NCBI GenBank assembly: GCA_032718475.1
Contig: JAUCBJ010006844.1
Coordinates: 1 to 64,000 of the forward strand
Origin: Nemertoderma westbladi
Lineage: Eukaryota; Animalia; Xenacoelomorpha
Direction of reading: 5' to 3'
Length of the DNA: 64,000 bases
In this document: one piece after another, positions 13,372 to 25,479 of the stretch
Layout: the number at the start of each line of letters is the position of its first letter
Position numbering within the stretch: position 1 is the stretch's first letter
Translations under genes and position numbers: made by a program
The notes under the pieces: generated by a model
Seen by the model: the letters and a program-made list of their open reading frames with translations, nothing else
The model's database searches: none
What the model was told of the DNA's origin: nothing

Positions 13372-13920
13372 CCACAACGAAAATTTCCCAAAGAAGATGA
13401 TTGAATGTAGTTGGAAATGATGAAAAGAAACAGACGACCTTACTATAAACCGAATGATGACGCGTATGATGATGAAAATGTAATGATGCGCACCCTGGTG
13501 CTGCGCTTATAACAAATGATGATAGCCGGGGGGCTATAACCCCAATGATAATGTGGAAATAAATGAAATGAAATGTGAAATAAAGTGGAACTAAATGATG
13601 AAATGTGTTGAAATAAATGAAATGTGATGAAATAATAATGAGAAATGAAAAAAGACAAAAAAATGTATAAAAATGTCTAAAGAAAAGAATTGGAAAAAAA
13701 GAAGAGGACATAAAAAGTCAAAACTGGTTGGATATTAATGTATAGCTATAGTAACTGTAAATGCTGAATGTATTAGCAATAAGATGGTAGATGCCTATAT
13801 AGCAATGTTATTTAATAAACTGAATTAAAAATAAAACTGAACTATTCTGCAATCACTATAGTTTCAGACTTTCTGGATTTATAATTAACTGATATAATTT
13901 GCAACGGACATAATTTAAAT

Positions 13921-16521
13921 ATGGACCCAAATCGCCAAATTATCGGCGAATTACGTAATACGATAGATCTACTGGAATATCCACAACCTGGATCCCCTAA
14001 CTTTGATACAAATTGGAGCACCCTGATAAATGAGAATGTGCGAGTCGTCAAATTCTCCGGGCGAGAGGGACCGGATTCCCGGAATCTACGAGCCCTCCGG
14101 TTGGCCGATGCTAGTACGAGACTGAAAAGAACTCGGAACGCAAAGGCTACCGGAGGGGATGAGTTGTCGTATTGGGAAACGTTTCGGCAAAGCGTCTACA
14201 GATCCCGATGTTTGATATACGACAACGAGGGAAACGCGACGCCCACCTCGAAAGCGATGACGTTGGCGCGATGTCAAAGTTTCGTCGACGACAAGAGTAC
14301 GTACCTCGCCCACTGGGGAAACCTAGCGGAGTGTACGGCAACGCTACGAGAGGAACGTATATCGATCATCCAGAATCGCGACGACTACCAGGAAAAGTAC
14401 GGGGCGAAAGAATACGGTCGATCCTTGGTCGTCGTCCTCGGAACCCTGGACGGTTTGGTATTGGTGTGTCGAATATTCCCGACACCCAGACAGGAAGTGC
14501 AGGCAGCCGGAGCGATCTGGTTGCTACCTCCGGAAATCCAAAAGATCCTCTTCGACTTCGACGTCATTAAAATCGGGTCGGATATAAAAGCGGACGTCCG
14601 GAACGACTACGCGAACGCTCCTTTAGGAAGAGACCGTAAAGGAGATCTCAATGCCATTAGTCATTGCATCGACACCCAGACACTACTAGCCTGGTTACGA
14701 TCCGCCGAATTCATGCGAGGATTCCGCGAGGTGAGACAGACGAAATCCGGGATCGGCTACCTCGCTGTACTAAACGGCGGCATCGACTTTAAACCTCAGA
14801 AATTCCAGGACTATAATAAGATATATGGTGGATACCCGGGATTGGAAATAAAGAGCGAGCGAGAGGGTCGATGGAAGGACGTTGACAGGAGGTGGACGAT
14901 ACACCAAAGGTGGGAAAATCCCGATCGACGGAACTACATCTACGTCGTTATGGAGTCCTACACCGTTGCTAAGTTTATATGTAAAACTCTCGATAACCTC
15001 ATTACGGCGGTTCCTCTTTCCTTTGTCGACTACGACTGGAACGAGGTTATAAACCACGCGTTCAAAGCGGTCGAGAACATTACACCGGGAGAGACGAAAA
15101 CACTCACCGTTATCGATTCCTGGGACGAGAACGGACCTTACGACATCCCCACGATTACCGATCTTCTCGGTGCGGAGGAGCCTCTGATTTCTTCGGAAGG
15201 GGAAGAACTATGGCTACATGAGGGCGTTCTACTGTCTACCCCAAAGCGACCACTCGAGCCGGAAGCTGCATACGAACCGGCCGCCAAACGGGTTGCCTCG
15301 GCCGAACCTGCGACGGAAGCAGGTGCTTCCACCCCACTCGGCTCTGGTAGCCCTGCGAGGGAGTTAGTCACTACCTCCGCGTTGAGCGACTTCGGCGACA
15401 TATGCCAAAGGTTATCCCCATATCCTTTCCCGGGCGGCGAAGACTGGTCTTCGGAGATTCCGAGTACCAGCAATCAACGGACCCGCTCAGCGATACTGGT
15501 CGAGAAGGGTCCCAGCGCTGCGCCGACCCCCGAAGATCTCCTCGGAATCCCCCAGTCGAAAACCCCGGCACCTCTGCGCCGACCAGCGGTGACAACTACT
15601 CCCTCCATTCCACAGGATCCTATGCGGCTAACCCGATGGTACGCCGAGCAGACCGAATGGATCCACCGCCAGAAACGGTCGTCCGAGATGAGACCGGCAG
15701 GACATAAAGAAGGTTATCGGAGCGAGAACCTACTACGCCAAAGCCCAGCCTTTCGCGGGCTACCGGCCACCGCGAATATTCAAAAGAGCGACCGACGACT
15801 CGAGTATTACGTCGGCGTCCCGATTCCGATATTCCCCGGTCGAGAGATGCAGTTGGAGATATGCGCAAACTGCGGTTCGGAGCAGTGCCCACGCGGTAGA
15901 CGAAATCGGGTTACCGATTCGTGCCTACAGCTCCTCGGGATACTGTATTGCCCATACTGCGCGACATCGGGACATGATGTCTCGGTTTGTCCAATCCTTT
16001 ATAACCTCTGCACAACTTGCGGTTTCCGTGGACATTCCGCTAGCCCCCGCTGCTATATAAAATGTCCTACAAAAGACGTTACCGCTATGGGAAATATGGT
16101 CATGTTCGAAACATACGCAAACAGCCACATAAGGACCAAAGTGCGGAGAAACGCTCGGAATATCGCGCAGGAAATGGCATGCGGGTACTTTTCCTTCCCG
16201 GAACGCCTCCACACGACAGCGACGTTACCTTTCCACTACGTGGATCTGTTGCTGAGCGCCGGATTATTCGGCCCATTCGAAGTCCTTCGACGCTTATATT
16301 CGTATAAGGAGGAGTTTGGTGACGGAAAGTGGTTCCTAGAGGCGCGCAACACCGAGTTGGAAAGACGAACCGACATGATCCCGTTGCCATCGAAAGGAAG
16401 AGCCGCCAGGAGACAAGCCGAAACGTTGCTCACGATGGATATCGATGCTCCCCTACCAGCTCTAGCGATCGACGAGAGTCGACGGGCGAAGAGGAGAAAG
16501 GCGTATCAGAGAAAGAAATAG
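13921..16521 (+). CDS. Element B ORF3: DEDDy-like 3'-5' exonuclease + CCHC zinc knuckles, 866 aa
   Basis: ExoI-like IYDNEG; LPPEIQKILFDFDVIKIGSDIKAD (ExoII, WRN/EXD/RNase D-like); IDTQTL; SGIGYL; ExoIII-like YVVME; knuckles CPYCATSGHDVSVC and CTTCGFRGHSASPRC. Confidence 0.8.
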   Translation: MDPNRQIIGELRNTIDLLEYPQPGSPNFDTNWSTLINENVRVVKFSGREGPDSRNLRALRLADASTRLKRTRNAKATGGDELSYWETFRQSVYRSRCLIYDNEGNATPTSKAMTLARCQSFVDDKSTYLAHWGNLAECTATLREERISIIQNRDDYQEKYGAKEYGRSLVVVLGTLDGLVLVCRIFPTPRQEVQAAGAIWLLPPEIQKILFDFDVIKIGSDIKADVRNDYANAPLGRDRKGDLNAISHCIDTQTLLAWLRSAEFMRGFREVRQTKSGIGYLAVLNGGIDFKPQKFQDYNKIYGGYPGLEIKSEREGRWKDVDRRWTIHQRWENPDRRNYIYVVMESYTVAKFICKTLDNLITAVPLSFVDYDWNEVINHAFKAVENITPGETKTLTVIDSWDENGPYDIPTITDLLGAEEPLISSEGEELWLHEGVLLSTPKRPLEPEAAYEPAAKRVASAEPATEAGASTPLGSGSPARELVTTSALSDFGDICQRLSPYPFPGGEDWSSEIPSTSNQRTRSAILVEKGPSAAPTPEDLLGIPQSKTPAPLRRPAVTTTPSIPQDPMRLTRWYAEQTEWIHRQKRSSEMRPAGHKEGYRSENLLRQSPAFRGLPATANIQKSDRRLEYYVGVPIPIFPGREMQLEICANCGSEQCPRGRRNRVTDSCLQLLGILYCPYCATSGHDVSVCPILYNLCTTCGFRGHSASPRCYIKCPTKDVTAMGNMVMFETYANSHIRTKVRRNARNIAQEMACGYFSFPERLHTTATLPFHYVDLLLSAGLFGPFEVLRRLYSYKEEFGDGKWFLEARNTELERRTDMIPLPSKGRAARRQAETLLTMDIDAPLPALAIDESRRAKRRKAYQRKK

Positions 16522-16686
16522 AGGACCAGGATATTCCAGGAACATTTATATTGGACATTTATTTTTATATATATATTGAACTCTAGGCCAAATTAATCAA
16601 GACTATGCAATATTAAAATTTTGGGTTTTTTATATGGGAATGACCTACGCAAACTCAATCTACCGATAGACCTCACGAAGGTCATT

Positions 16687-16695
16687 GGGGGGGAC
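16687..16695 (+). promoter_or_regulatory. Polypurine tract of element B
   Basis: GGGGGGGAC immediately before the LTR start TGTTCGCGG. Confidence 0.75.
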
Positions 16696-18216
16696 TGTTC
16701 GCGGTATTTCAACTTTTCATAACGCGAGTTGAATATTTTTTGTATTTATTTAAAATGATTATTCCGATATCACTACTGGGTGCGGGACAGTGGGTTTTGG
16801 GCACACTCAATGAACTGGGGGCGATTTATGGGCGAATATTGGGGCGACTTACAGGGTACGGGACTCATTTCATGTATATAAGGGCCAGGGGGGGGAAGGA
16901 AAAGTTAAGCAGTATTCAGGTTTACCTGACTACTATTAGGCCTAGCCAACTTCCTGCTGCCTGTAGAGGTGGATTTGGTAACTCGCTAGGTCTAAAGGAC
17001 AAGGACTGCCCTTAGCGGTCCCTGGCAAACAGCAGTTATTACGAGCCTGAAAAGGACATCGGAAAGTCTGCTGCTTGTGTCAGGGATTTGCGACGGGAAA
17101 CGATGACAGACCCCGTAGCCAAGCCGTACTGGTTCTCGATGATCGTTCCCTTCGGGGTTCGTGAGGGGTGGGACGGACACGCAAAAGGGTCGACCGACTT
17201 ACAGAGGAAGGGTTTGACGAGGACTGCCCTTAGCGGTCTCTGGTCAACAACAGTTATTACGAGCCTGAAAAGGACATCGGAAAGTCTGCTGCTTGTGCAA
17301 GGGATTTGCAACGGGAACCGACGACAGACCCCTTAGCCAAGCCGTACTGGTTCTCGATGATCGTTCCCTTCGGGGTTCGTGAGGGGTGGGACGGACACAC
17401 GACAGGGTCGAAAGACAGAGGACTGGACTCTACTGGCCTACCGACTGTTCGGAGCAGTTTCTCGGCCGCCGAAGCGACTACGAGCCTGAATAAGGACTCA
17501 GAAAGCCTAGGTGGTTGGGTCTCTGCGATGAACCGACGGACCCCTAGCCAAGCCGTACTGTACTGGTTCTCGATGATCGTTCCCTTCGGGGTTCGTGAGG
17601 GGTGGGACGGACAAGCGAACGGGTCCACCGACACGACAGACTCCTAACCAAGCCGTACTGGTTCTCGATGACCGATCCCTTCGGGGTTCGAGAGGGGTGG
17701 TACGGATACGCGACAGAGTCTACAGACTGGACCGACCCTTAGCCAAGCCGTACTGGTTCTCGATGATCGATCCCTTCGGGGTTCGGGAGGGGTGGTACGG
17801 ACACGCAACAGGGTCGACCGACACCGACACTACGGCATCAAGACTAGGACCAAGGGAAAATCTGGGGAACATTAGTTAGGCTAAAATCTGAGCGATTTTT
17901 GGGTAATTAAATAATTTACTGTAGGGATTTATATTGTCGTGTATTATTATTGTGAATAATTTGGTGTATATTGGTTTGGGGAAGCCCAATTTATTCTCAA
18001 TCAAGGTTCAGTGAGATTAGCTCAAGGTTAAACCGTAGGGAAGTTACATTAAAGCGTATATCCAACCAATGCAGCTTTTTCTCAACCGCAATCTTGCATT
18101 TAAGAACATTCCTTCTCCACAATCAATATCCGGTGACTGGCCGGGATTCCGTGGTCTGTAAAGTTCCGCCTCCAGCATCGGCGTTTTCCCCCATGGTGTC
18201 GGGAATAACGGCAACA
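16696..18216 (+). repeat. 3' LTR of element B (1521 bp)
   Basis: Starts TGTTCGCGGTATT after the PPT, ends AATAACGGCAACA (imperfect terminal inverted repeat); last 143 bp match 5500-5642. Confidence 0.85.
17117..17801 (+). repeat. Five-copy hairpin repeat in the LTR (CCC-TTCG-GGG core)
   Basis: CCAAGCCGTACTGGTTCTCGATGA..CCCTTCGGGGTTCG.GAGGGGTGG.ACGGA at ~17117, 17335, 17546, 17648 and 17741. Confidence 0.9.
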
Positions 18217-21200
18217 GATAGATTTATTTATACATTATGTAAAAACAATAACAAATACACCAAACAATGTATGTCGGTATTGTCCAACATAACATATAGG
18301 ATTACCCCTAAAGCTTTGCAGCATATTTCCAAGGGGGTCCTTTATGTTACTTGGTTACAAATACAATATTACACTACGGTAACCTAAAACCCATATAAAA
18401 CGTAATTACACTATGTACATGTACAACTTTACCGAGAGCGTGACAATGTCCGACTCAACGATAAAGATGTAATGTACAGAACAATTTAATATAAAATGTA
18501 ATTACAGTATAAATAGTAAATAATTAATAAACTAATAACTTACTGTAGGACTATTGTACCTATTTTTACATTGCACACGGAGGTGAGATTTAACTGCAGA
18601 TTTAAAAGAATGTTGATTATCTAGGTTTTTAATTTCATTAGGCAGAGCGTTCCAATTTTTAATGCCGTTAAAAAAGAAAGTATAAGATTCAAAGGATTTA
18701 CAATTCGGGAGGTAGAAGTTTGAAGCACTAGCTCTGGTACTGTAAGAGTGTGTATCGCGTACTCTGTTGAATTTTTGTTTTAGTTAATTGGGACATTTAC
18801 CATTATACACTTTATGCACATGGTTAAGGCGTAGCTGCTTAACTCTACTATCTAAGTTAAGTAGTCCAGATTCAGAAAAGTCATCTGGAGTTAGGTGGTG
18901 CCTAGGGTTGTAGTCTTTAATAAATCGTACTACTTTATTCTGAGCTACTTGTAATTTACATTTAAGCTGTTTGGTTAAGCCTTCATACCACGAAGAGCAT
19001 GCATAGTCCATGTGACACTGTATTAAAGCAGAGCAAAGTAACTTGCGGGAGTCGGTGGTTAAACTATTTTTATTTCTGTATAGAAACCTAAGCCTACTGT
19101 TAACTTTCGAGAAAATATTTTTCACTGTGCTTTCTCCTGATAAGCAGTTATCCAATGTGGCGCCTAAATATTTAACTTCCTTTTTATTTTCAATCTTATG
19201 TCCATTACTAGTGACTTCAAACTTAGTTACCTTCTTTAACTTTCTTTTGGAACCAAACAAAATACTTTCAGTCTTACCGTAGTGAATGGATAGCTTATTA
19301 TCAACCAGCCACTCATTACAGGATTCTAGAACTGAACTTAACTTTTGGGAAATATGGATAGGGTCTTTATGAGAGAAAATAAGAGCACTATCGTCGGCAT
19401 ATAAAATGAGTTTAAAATCGGGATCTATACTACTTATCATATCATTTACATAGCATACAAAAAGCAGAGGACCTAATATACTACCTTGCGGTACACCACA
19501 GGTAATCTCGTGTACAGTAGACTGCGATTTGCTAATGACTACAGTTTGACTTCTGTCTGACAGGTAGGACTTGAACCAGTCTATAGAACCTACACCCATC
19601 AGGCCTAACTTACCAAGCAGAATTTCGTGATCTACAGTATCGAAAGCCATACATTACCATACCAGTATATAAACCCTTTGCGTTATTACATCTAATTGTA
19701 TCAGTTAAGTTAATAAGACAGGTGTCTGTAGAATATGATTTACGAAAACCGGACTGAAGTTCATAGATCAGATTTAGCCTACTAAGATGTGCTTCCAGCT
19801 GTAGAAAAACAGAACGTTCTAGAATTTTAGATACAATACTTAAGATACTAACAGGTCTGTAATTACAGGGTTCAACTTTACTATTCTTTTTATACAGAGG
19901 AACAACCTTAGCTAATTTCAGTTCGTCTGGTACTACATTATCTACGATAGAGTAATTAATAATAAAAGTAATAGGCACTTTAAGTACTTCAGCACCATCC
20001 TTAAGAAAACGGGCAGGTATTAGGTCTAGACCGGTACTTTTTGAGGCTGATAGGCTAAGTAGATTTTGAAAAACGAAATCCTCAGAAACGGGTTTTAAAA
20101 ACAACTTCTCTGAATTTTGTAACTTTTCTAAATAAAAATTATTTAGAGTTTCGGACTCTATTCTATATTTATTACTTGATAAAGGTAACATCTTAACTAA
20201 ATTAGAGGCAACATTAGTAAAATAATTATAAAATAAATTACTAACTAGAGTATGATCATGAATCAGCTCACCGTTATCTTGCAGAACAATATTCGATTTA
20301 GATTTAAGGTTTTTATAACCTAAAGATTTTAGGGTAGACCATTGACTTTTAGGATTATCTTTATTCTCACTTATTTTGTTGTACAAATATTCAGATTTAG
20401 CTTTTTTATCTCCCGTTGGACAAGGTTTCTATATTTGCAGATATTATTATAATCAGCTAAAACACGGTATTTCCTATATTTATACAAATAGTTATCTCTT
20501 TCTCTGATATTACTAAGAATACCCGAGGTCATCCAGGGCTCAGTGCGTTGTTTAAGACTAATTTCTTTAATTGGTGCTACAGTATTAAGTGCCTTTAAAA
20601 ATATATCTTTAAAAACAGTGTACGCAAGGTTAATGTCAGCGGCCTTAAAACAGGGTTCCCATTCGGAATTAACTAACAAACTTAAAAAGCGTTCCTTGCT
20701 GTAATTTTTCATAGACCTAACTGTTACTGTTTTATGATCCCCGAAAAAAGATTTTTGTGTCTTTCTAGTGCAAAAAACTATAAAATGATCGCTTAGACCT
20801 ATAGGTAAAACCCCAGATTGAGAAATAATATCGGTATTATTACAAAGGATGTGATCTAGTAAAGTAGAAGTTTTACTGGTAATTCTGGTAGAATCTCGAA
20901 TAATTTGTTTTAAACCAAACAAATTTAAAATACTTTGGTACTGTTTACAGATGGGGGATGCTTTGTGATGGTAACAGATATTAAAATCACCTAAGAAATA
21001 TATTTCACAGTCTGACCTAAGATCACATAAAATTGTATTTTCAAAATTTTGCAAAAAATCTGATTGTTTAGGGGGCCGATATAAAGTACCGATTAAAATA
21101 GGTTTAGTTTTAGGAAGTAAAAGTTCCACCAGTAAAACTTCGTCACAAGACTCTAAATCTTCCCTACGATTAAAAGCTAATCACATCGAATGTAAGTACA

Positions 21201-22300
21201 GACACCACCACCGTGTCTATCCCTATCCTTATGTAAAACTACGTAATTATCAATATAAATTTCTCCATCAGAAACGCTATCATCGAGCCAAGTTTCAGAT
21301 ATTGTTAAAACTGCTGGGTTGGATTTATTGATTAAAATACGAATTTCGGAAAGTTTGGGAAGCAGAGATCGTGCATTTAAATGCAAAAAATGCAGACCTT
21401 TTTTCTTAAAAAATTTAAAAGTTTCACTCTCAGCATCACTTGGAGTTTGCAGAGGCGATGTGAGGAATGAATCGTCGGTTTCTGATTCTAAAATAGTATC
21501 ATGAAAGGGAAGTTCGGTAAAAATACAGCTATTGCAGAGAAAACTTGGCTCAAGATTGTTTCTGGTGGAGAATAAATTACTGCTTTTCCTACGGTAACAT
21601 TTTAAATGTACAAATGTGTCACAACTCTCGCATTGGACGATCTTACTCCGAGAGTTTGTTCCTCGTTGACAGACGGGACAGTTGATCTTCGGGGCCCGCG
21701 TCCTGCTGGGTCCAGGGTTGGTCTCAATATCCCCAGCCAGAGACAGAGTTTCGCTATTAGGCCTCTAGTTCGTGGAGCGGAGACCCAAGATCTTCTTCCC
21801 CGACGAGAGCAGTACAACAGTAGAGGCTAAATGCACTCGTCGACCACATCTCCGTCGATTCGGCGCGGCAGTTCGAAACGGTAGCGACAGGGTGTTCGGT
21901 AAACCAGTCCAATACGGGTATTGGGTGGGTTGCAGGGTTACCCCGCGGATCGGATGGTTCTGCCACAACGAAACGGCCCAGAACGATGACAACTGTGGAG
22001 ATTAAGAGCGGTGACATTGTGCTATCTGGCTGTAGTCTGACTTAAAGATAAAAACTGTATAGGCCTAGTACCGGTATCTTTCTTGGTCTTATTGTCGGCA
22101 GGCCTACAGTTGTTCGCGTTGTTATTGAAACTACCGAGATGAAAGTACCGAGATAACTTTAGCTCGTTACTAAGTTCTCAGTTTTATCTCTGGACTATGA
22201 AGAAACGGTGTTCTTGGAAAAATCAATAAGATTAGTACCGGTACTAATACTAAATAAACACCTTAGTCTATCAGCCTTCATGAATACCATTCTAACTTGG
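18217..22300 (-). mobile_element. CR1/L2-group LINE (2A-PHD-APE-RT), frameshifted; 5' boundary approximate
   Basis: GDIETNPGP then PHD (CPVC..CESC..HLKC..CNSC); APE (HLNARSL, ISETWL, GDFN, LDH, SDH); RT (NYRPVS, AFDTVDH, GVPQGSILGP, YADD, YLG); AATAAA and short tail next to 18217. Confidence 0.9.
21708..21734 (-). other. 2A-like (StopGo) ribosomal skipping motif GDIETNPGP
   Basis: Minus strand GGGGATATTGAGACCAACCCTGGACCC, in frame with the downstream PHD finger; matches D(V/I)ExNPGP. Confidence 0.85.
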
Positions 22301-22363
22301 TGCTAAATAGCGATAGTACTAAATATATGGCTCCTAACTTTGAAGTTATTTCAGTACTACTGT

Positions 22364-22619
22364 AAGTTTATATGGCATAGATTGTGGAATGGTGAGTTTA
22401 TATGGCAGAGATTGTGGAATGGTGAGTTTATATGGCAGAGATTGTGGAATGGGGAGTTTATATGGCAGAGATTGTGGAATGGGGAGTTTATATGGCAGAG
22501 GTTGTGGAATGGGAAGTTTATATGGCAGAGATTATGGAATGATGAGTTTATATGGCAGAGATTGTGGAATGGGAAGTTTATATGTCAGAGATTGTGGCAT
22601 GGTGAGTTTATATGGCAGA
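22364..22619. repeat. 30-bp minisatellite, ~8.5 copies
   Basis: Unit GAGTTTATATGGCAGAGATTGTGGAATGG(G/T). Confidence 0.95.
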
Positions 22620-24495
22620 CACTGCAGGTACCACTTTGCAGCGTTGCGGCCTATAGGTCGGAATGCTGCAAAGTAATCAATGACATGGAAACAACTTCAA
22701 TTACCATATTCCAGAATGTATTATTTCCATTTATGTTAATTGAGTGCTGCTTTATTATCCAGTTTGCAGTGACGGGACTACAGGACTAGCATGTAAATAA
22801 TTGTTTAATGTGTTCTGTATTCCTTTATGACGAAACATCCAATAGACGACACTTCAGAGAAAATGAACAAAGAAAATGGTGACAGTGTTCAGTAAAACTG
22901 AACGGACACAGACGATGACTCAGATTACTTCAGTCGACTATAGTCAAGATGGATTTATGATTTACTACATCCAGGCAGGAGATAACTTTCAATAAACTTT
23001 AATTATTAGATTTAAATGTATAATTAATACTGTGTACCTGTTGATAAATTTCACTTCATCATCGTCGTCATTCATTAGGGAGTTGTTGAGTCATTCATTG
23101 GGGGTTTAGATTGCTTTGTAAACACAATGGAAATTTAATGTAAATCGAAAAAGTTATTATTTCGTGAAAATTATAATAAAAATTTCCTTTTTTTGGACCT
23201 CAAGCCGTACCGCAGTTAACCAATAACTTTATATGTTATTAAATTATTAAATGTGAGAAATAACAAGAGCAACGCCCTTAAAAATAACAAACCACCCTGA
23301 AATTTTAGATCAACCAGATCCTCCTGTACAGTATTAAAAACTCAAACTCCAAATTTCTGGCCTATGTAAAGTTATACCAAACTTTCTGTTCCTGTTATAT
23401 TCCACTTTGCAGTTTACCACCATGTGAAGAATACCAGGTTTTCACCAAAACTACAATTTGCAGAAGGGCTGAATCTAACCAAAACAACAAACTAATTAGT
23501 ATATGTACAGGCTATACAATAGAAATAAGCGCTATAAAACACTTAATTAAGGAGAAATTTGGAGAAAATACAAATTATTAATATATAAAATTCCAGTAGA
23601 ATTTCGACCGAAATGTGAAATCCTGGTATATATTATTCAAATGGGCGAAATTCATGGATTCACAACCCACGTGATTGTCAAGTTTGTCCAGTTCCATTTA
23701 GCAAACAATTCCATACAATTACAAATAGCAAAACGTTCCAGAATAATGTATCAACGTCCAGATGAAACGGACGATTTAAAATGCCATCAAACAATCGATT
23801 ATTAGTTTGCAAAACTCGTCTCCCTATGTCAATTCTTTACCAAAATTGGTGAGATATAAAGCCAAAATTTGACACTAGCTAATATTCTAGAACATTTTAA
23901 CTTTAGTAAATTTGTAGGGGTGCTGCGGGGGAAAACAATTTCCACAGTGTTTAAGTATGTAATCTATACTAGTTCTGGCCTGATGTTTAAGACGCCTCGG
24001 TTTGAACTATTATGTATTACTTTTAGTCCACAATATATAACGTGAAAAAAGTTCACAATATATAACGGGAAAAAAGTTTAAAAAGATTCCTATAATTGGC
24101 CATTACTGGAGATTTTACCCCAATAATTTTCCATCAATAAAATATTTCAAGGTATTTAGCTGGTGTTTTTCAATAGCAGGGCGGTTTTGCAACGGGTAAA
24201 CTTTATGTTGAGATAAATAATATCCTTCCGGGAAATATATAAAAACTAAATCATTTAATTTATATGGCCGTTTTCAACTACCGTGATCCTATCTACTTGT
24301 ACTGCTGCTACTTCCCTCGCTACGCTCGATGCTGTCGCTGTACCATTCATACGGACCTGGCGGCGAAACCGTCGCGTTCCTTCTGTAATAAGGAAGTACC
24401 AGATCCGAGTTGGTACAGGCCACGGATTCCTTGTCAGAATTATCCCCACAAACATCCACGACAATGTCCTCAATAACATCATCAAACATGGATGA

Positions 24496-24676
24496 GAGTA
24501 AAAATATCGAGTGTTGAAAAATATCGAGTGTTGAAAAATATCGAGTGTTGAAAAATATCGAGTGTTGAAAAATATCGAGTGTTGAAAAATATCGAGTGTT
24601 GAAAAATACCGAGTGTTGAAAAATATCGAGTGTTGAAAAATATCGAGTGTTGAAAAATATCGAGAGTAAAAATATT
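24496..24676 (+). repeat. 17-bp tandem array (AAAAATATCGAGTGTTG), left arm of an inverted pair
   Basis: About 10 units, with GAGTAAAAATAT variants at the ends. Confidence 0.9.
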
Positions 24677-24994
24677 GCATTTTACTTGAGCATTTTATTT
24701 AGAATTATGGAACAATATTGCAGTGCATGGGTTACAACAGTGCAAGTGAATGGCATTATGTAGTCACCTTGGGTACCCATTTACCAGATTTATTATACTA
24801 GCTAGTTTTTGCTATTTTTTTAATAAATATTATAAAAGAAGTACTAGCTATAAATTTTGATAAATATTATAAATATTGTTAAATATTATATTAGAACACG
24901 TACTGTATAAGCTACCAAATGTTGATAAATATTGTTGTTCTAGAACATTTTTAGTAAAAAAAATTATCATACAACCCTTATTTAAAAAAATTGT

Positions 24995-25470
24995 TACTAT
25001 CGATATTTTTACTCTCGATATTTTTCAACATTCTATATTTTTCAACACTCGATATTTGTACTCTCGATATTTTTCAACACTCGATATTTTTACTCTCGAT
25101 ATTTTTCAACACTCGATATTTTTACTCTCGATATTTTTCAACACTCAATATTTTTACTCTCGATATTTTTCAACACTCGATATTTTTACTCTCGATATTT
25201 TTCAACACTCGATATTATTACTCTCGATATTTTTCAACACTCGATATTTTTACTCTCAATATTTTTCAACACTCGATATTTTTACTCTCGATATTTTTAC
25301 TCTCGATATTTTTCAACACTCGGTATTTTTACTCTCGATATTTTTACCCTCGATATTTTTACTCTCGATATTTTTTGAACTCTCGATATTATCGTTATTT
25401 TTCAACACTCGATGTTTTTACTCGCGTTATTTTTATTCTCGATATTTTTCATGTCTCGATATTTTTCAAT
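24995..25470 (-). repeat. Mixed 17/15-bp array, reverse complement of the 24496-24676 array
   Basis: Alternating CTCGATATTTTTCAACA and CTCGATATTTTTACT units. Confidence 0.9.
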
Positions 25471-25479
25471 ATAACCGAC

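Larger units (their letters stand above)
5500..18216 (+). mobile_element. BEL/Pao element B with extra exonuclease/Zn-knuckle ORF; 5' LTR truncated
   Basis: LTR remnant 5500-5642 matches 18074-18216; gag-PR-RT-RH-IN order; ORF3 13921-16521; PPT then TGTT...AACA 3' LTR. Confidence 0.92.

Noticed and set aside
13154-13711. Phe/His-rich minus-strand ORF
   Set aside because: Translation of the low-complexity AAATG tract and repeats.
13921-16521. ORF3 as an env gene
   Set aside because: No signal peptide, transmembrane anchor or fusion-protein pattern; exonuclease and knuckle motifs instead.
13921-16521. Domestication of ORF3 because it is intact while gag-pol is broken
   Set aside because: The adjacent 2.5-kb RNase H-integrase stretch is equally intact, so the contrast is not significant.
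22340-22789. ORFs over the 30-bp repeat, or a CRISPR array
   Set aside because: Head-to-tail minisatellite with no unique spacers; the ORFs are by-products.
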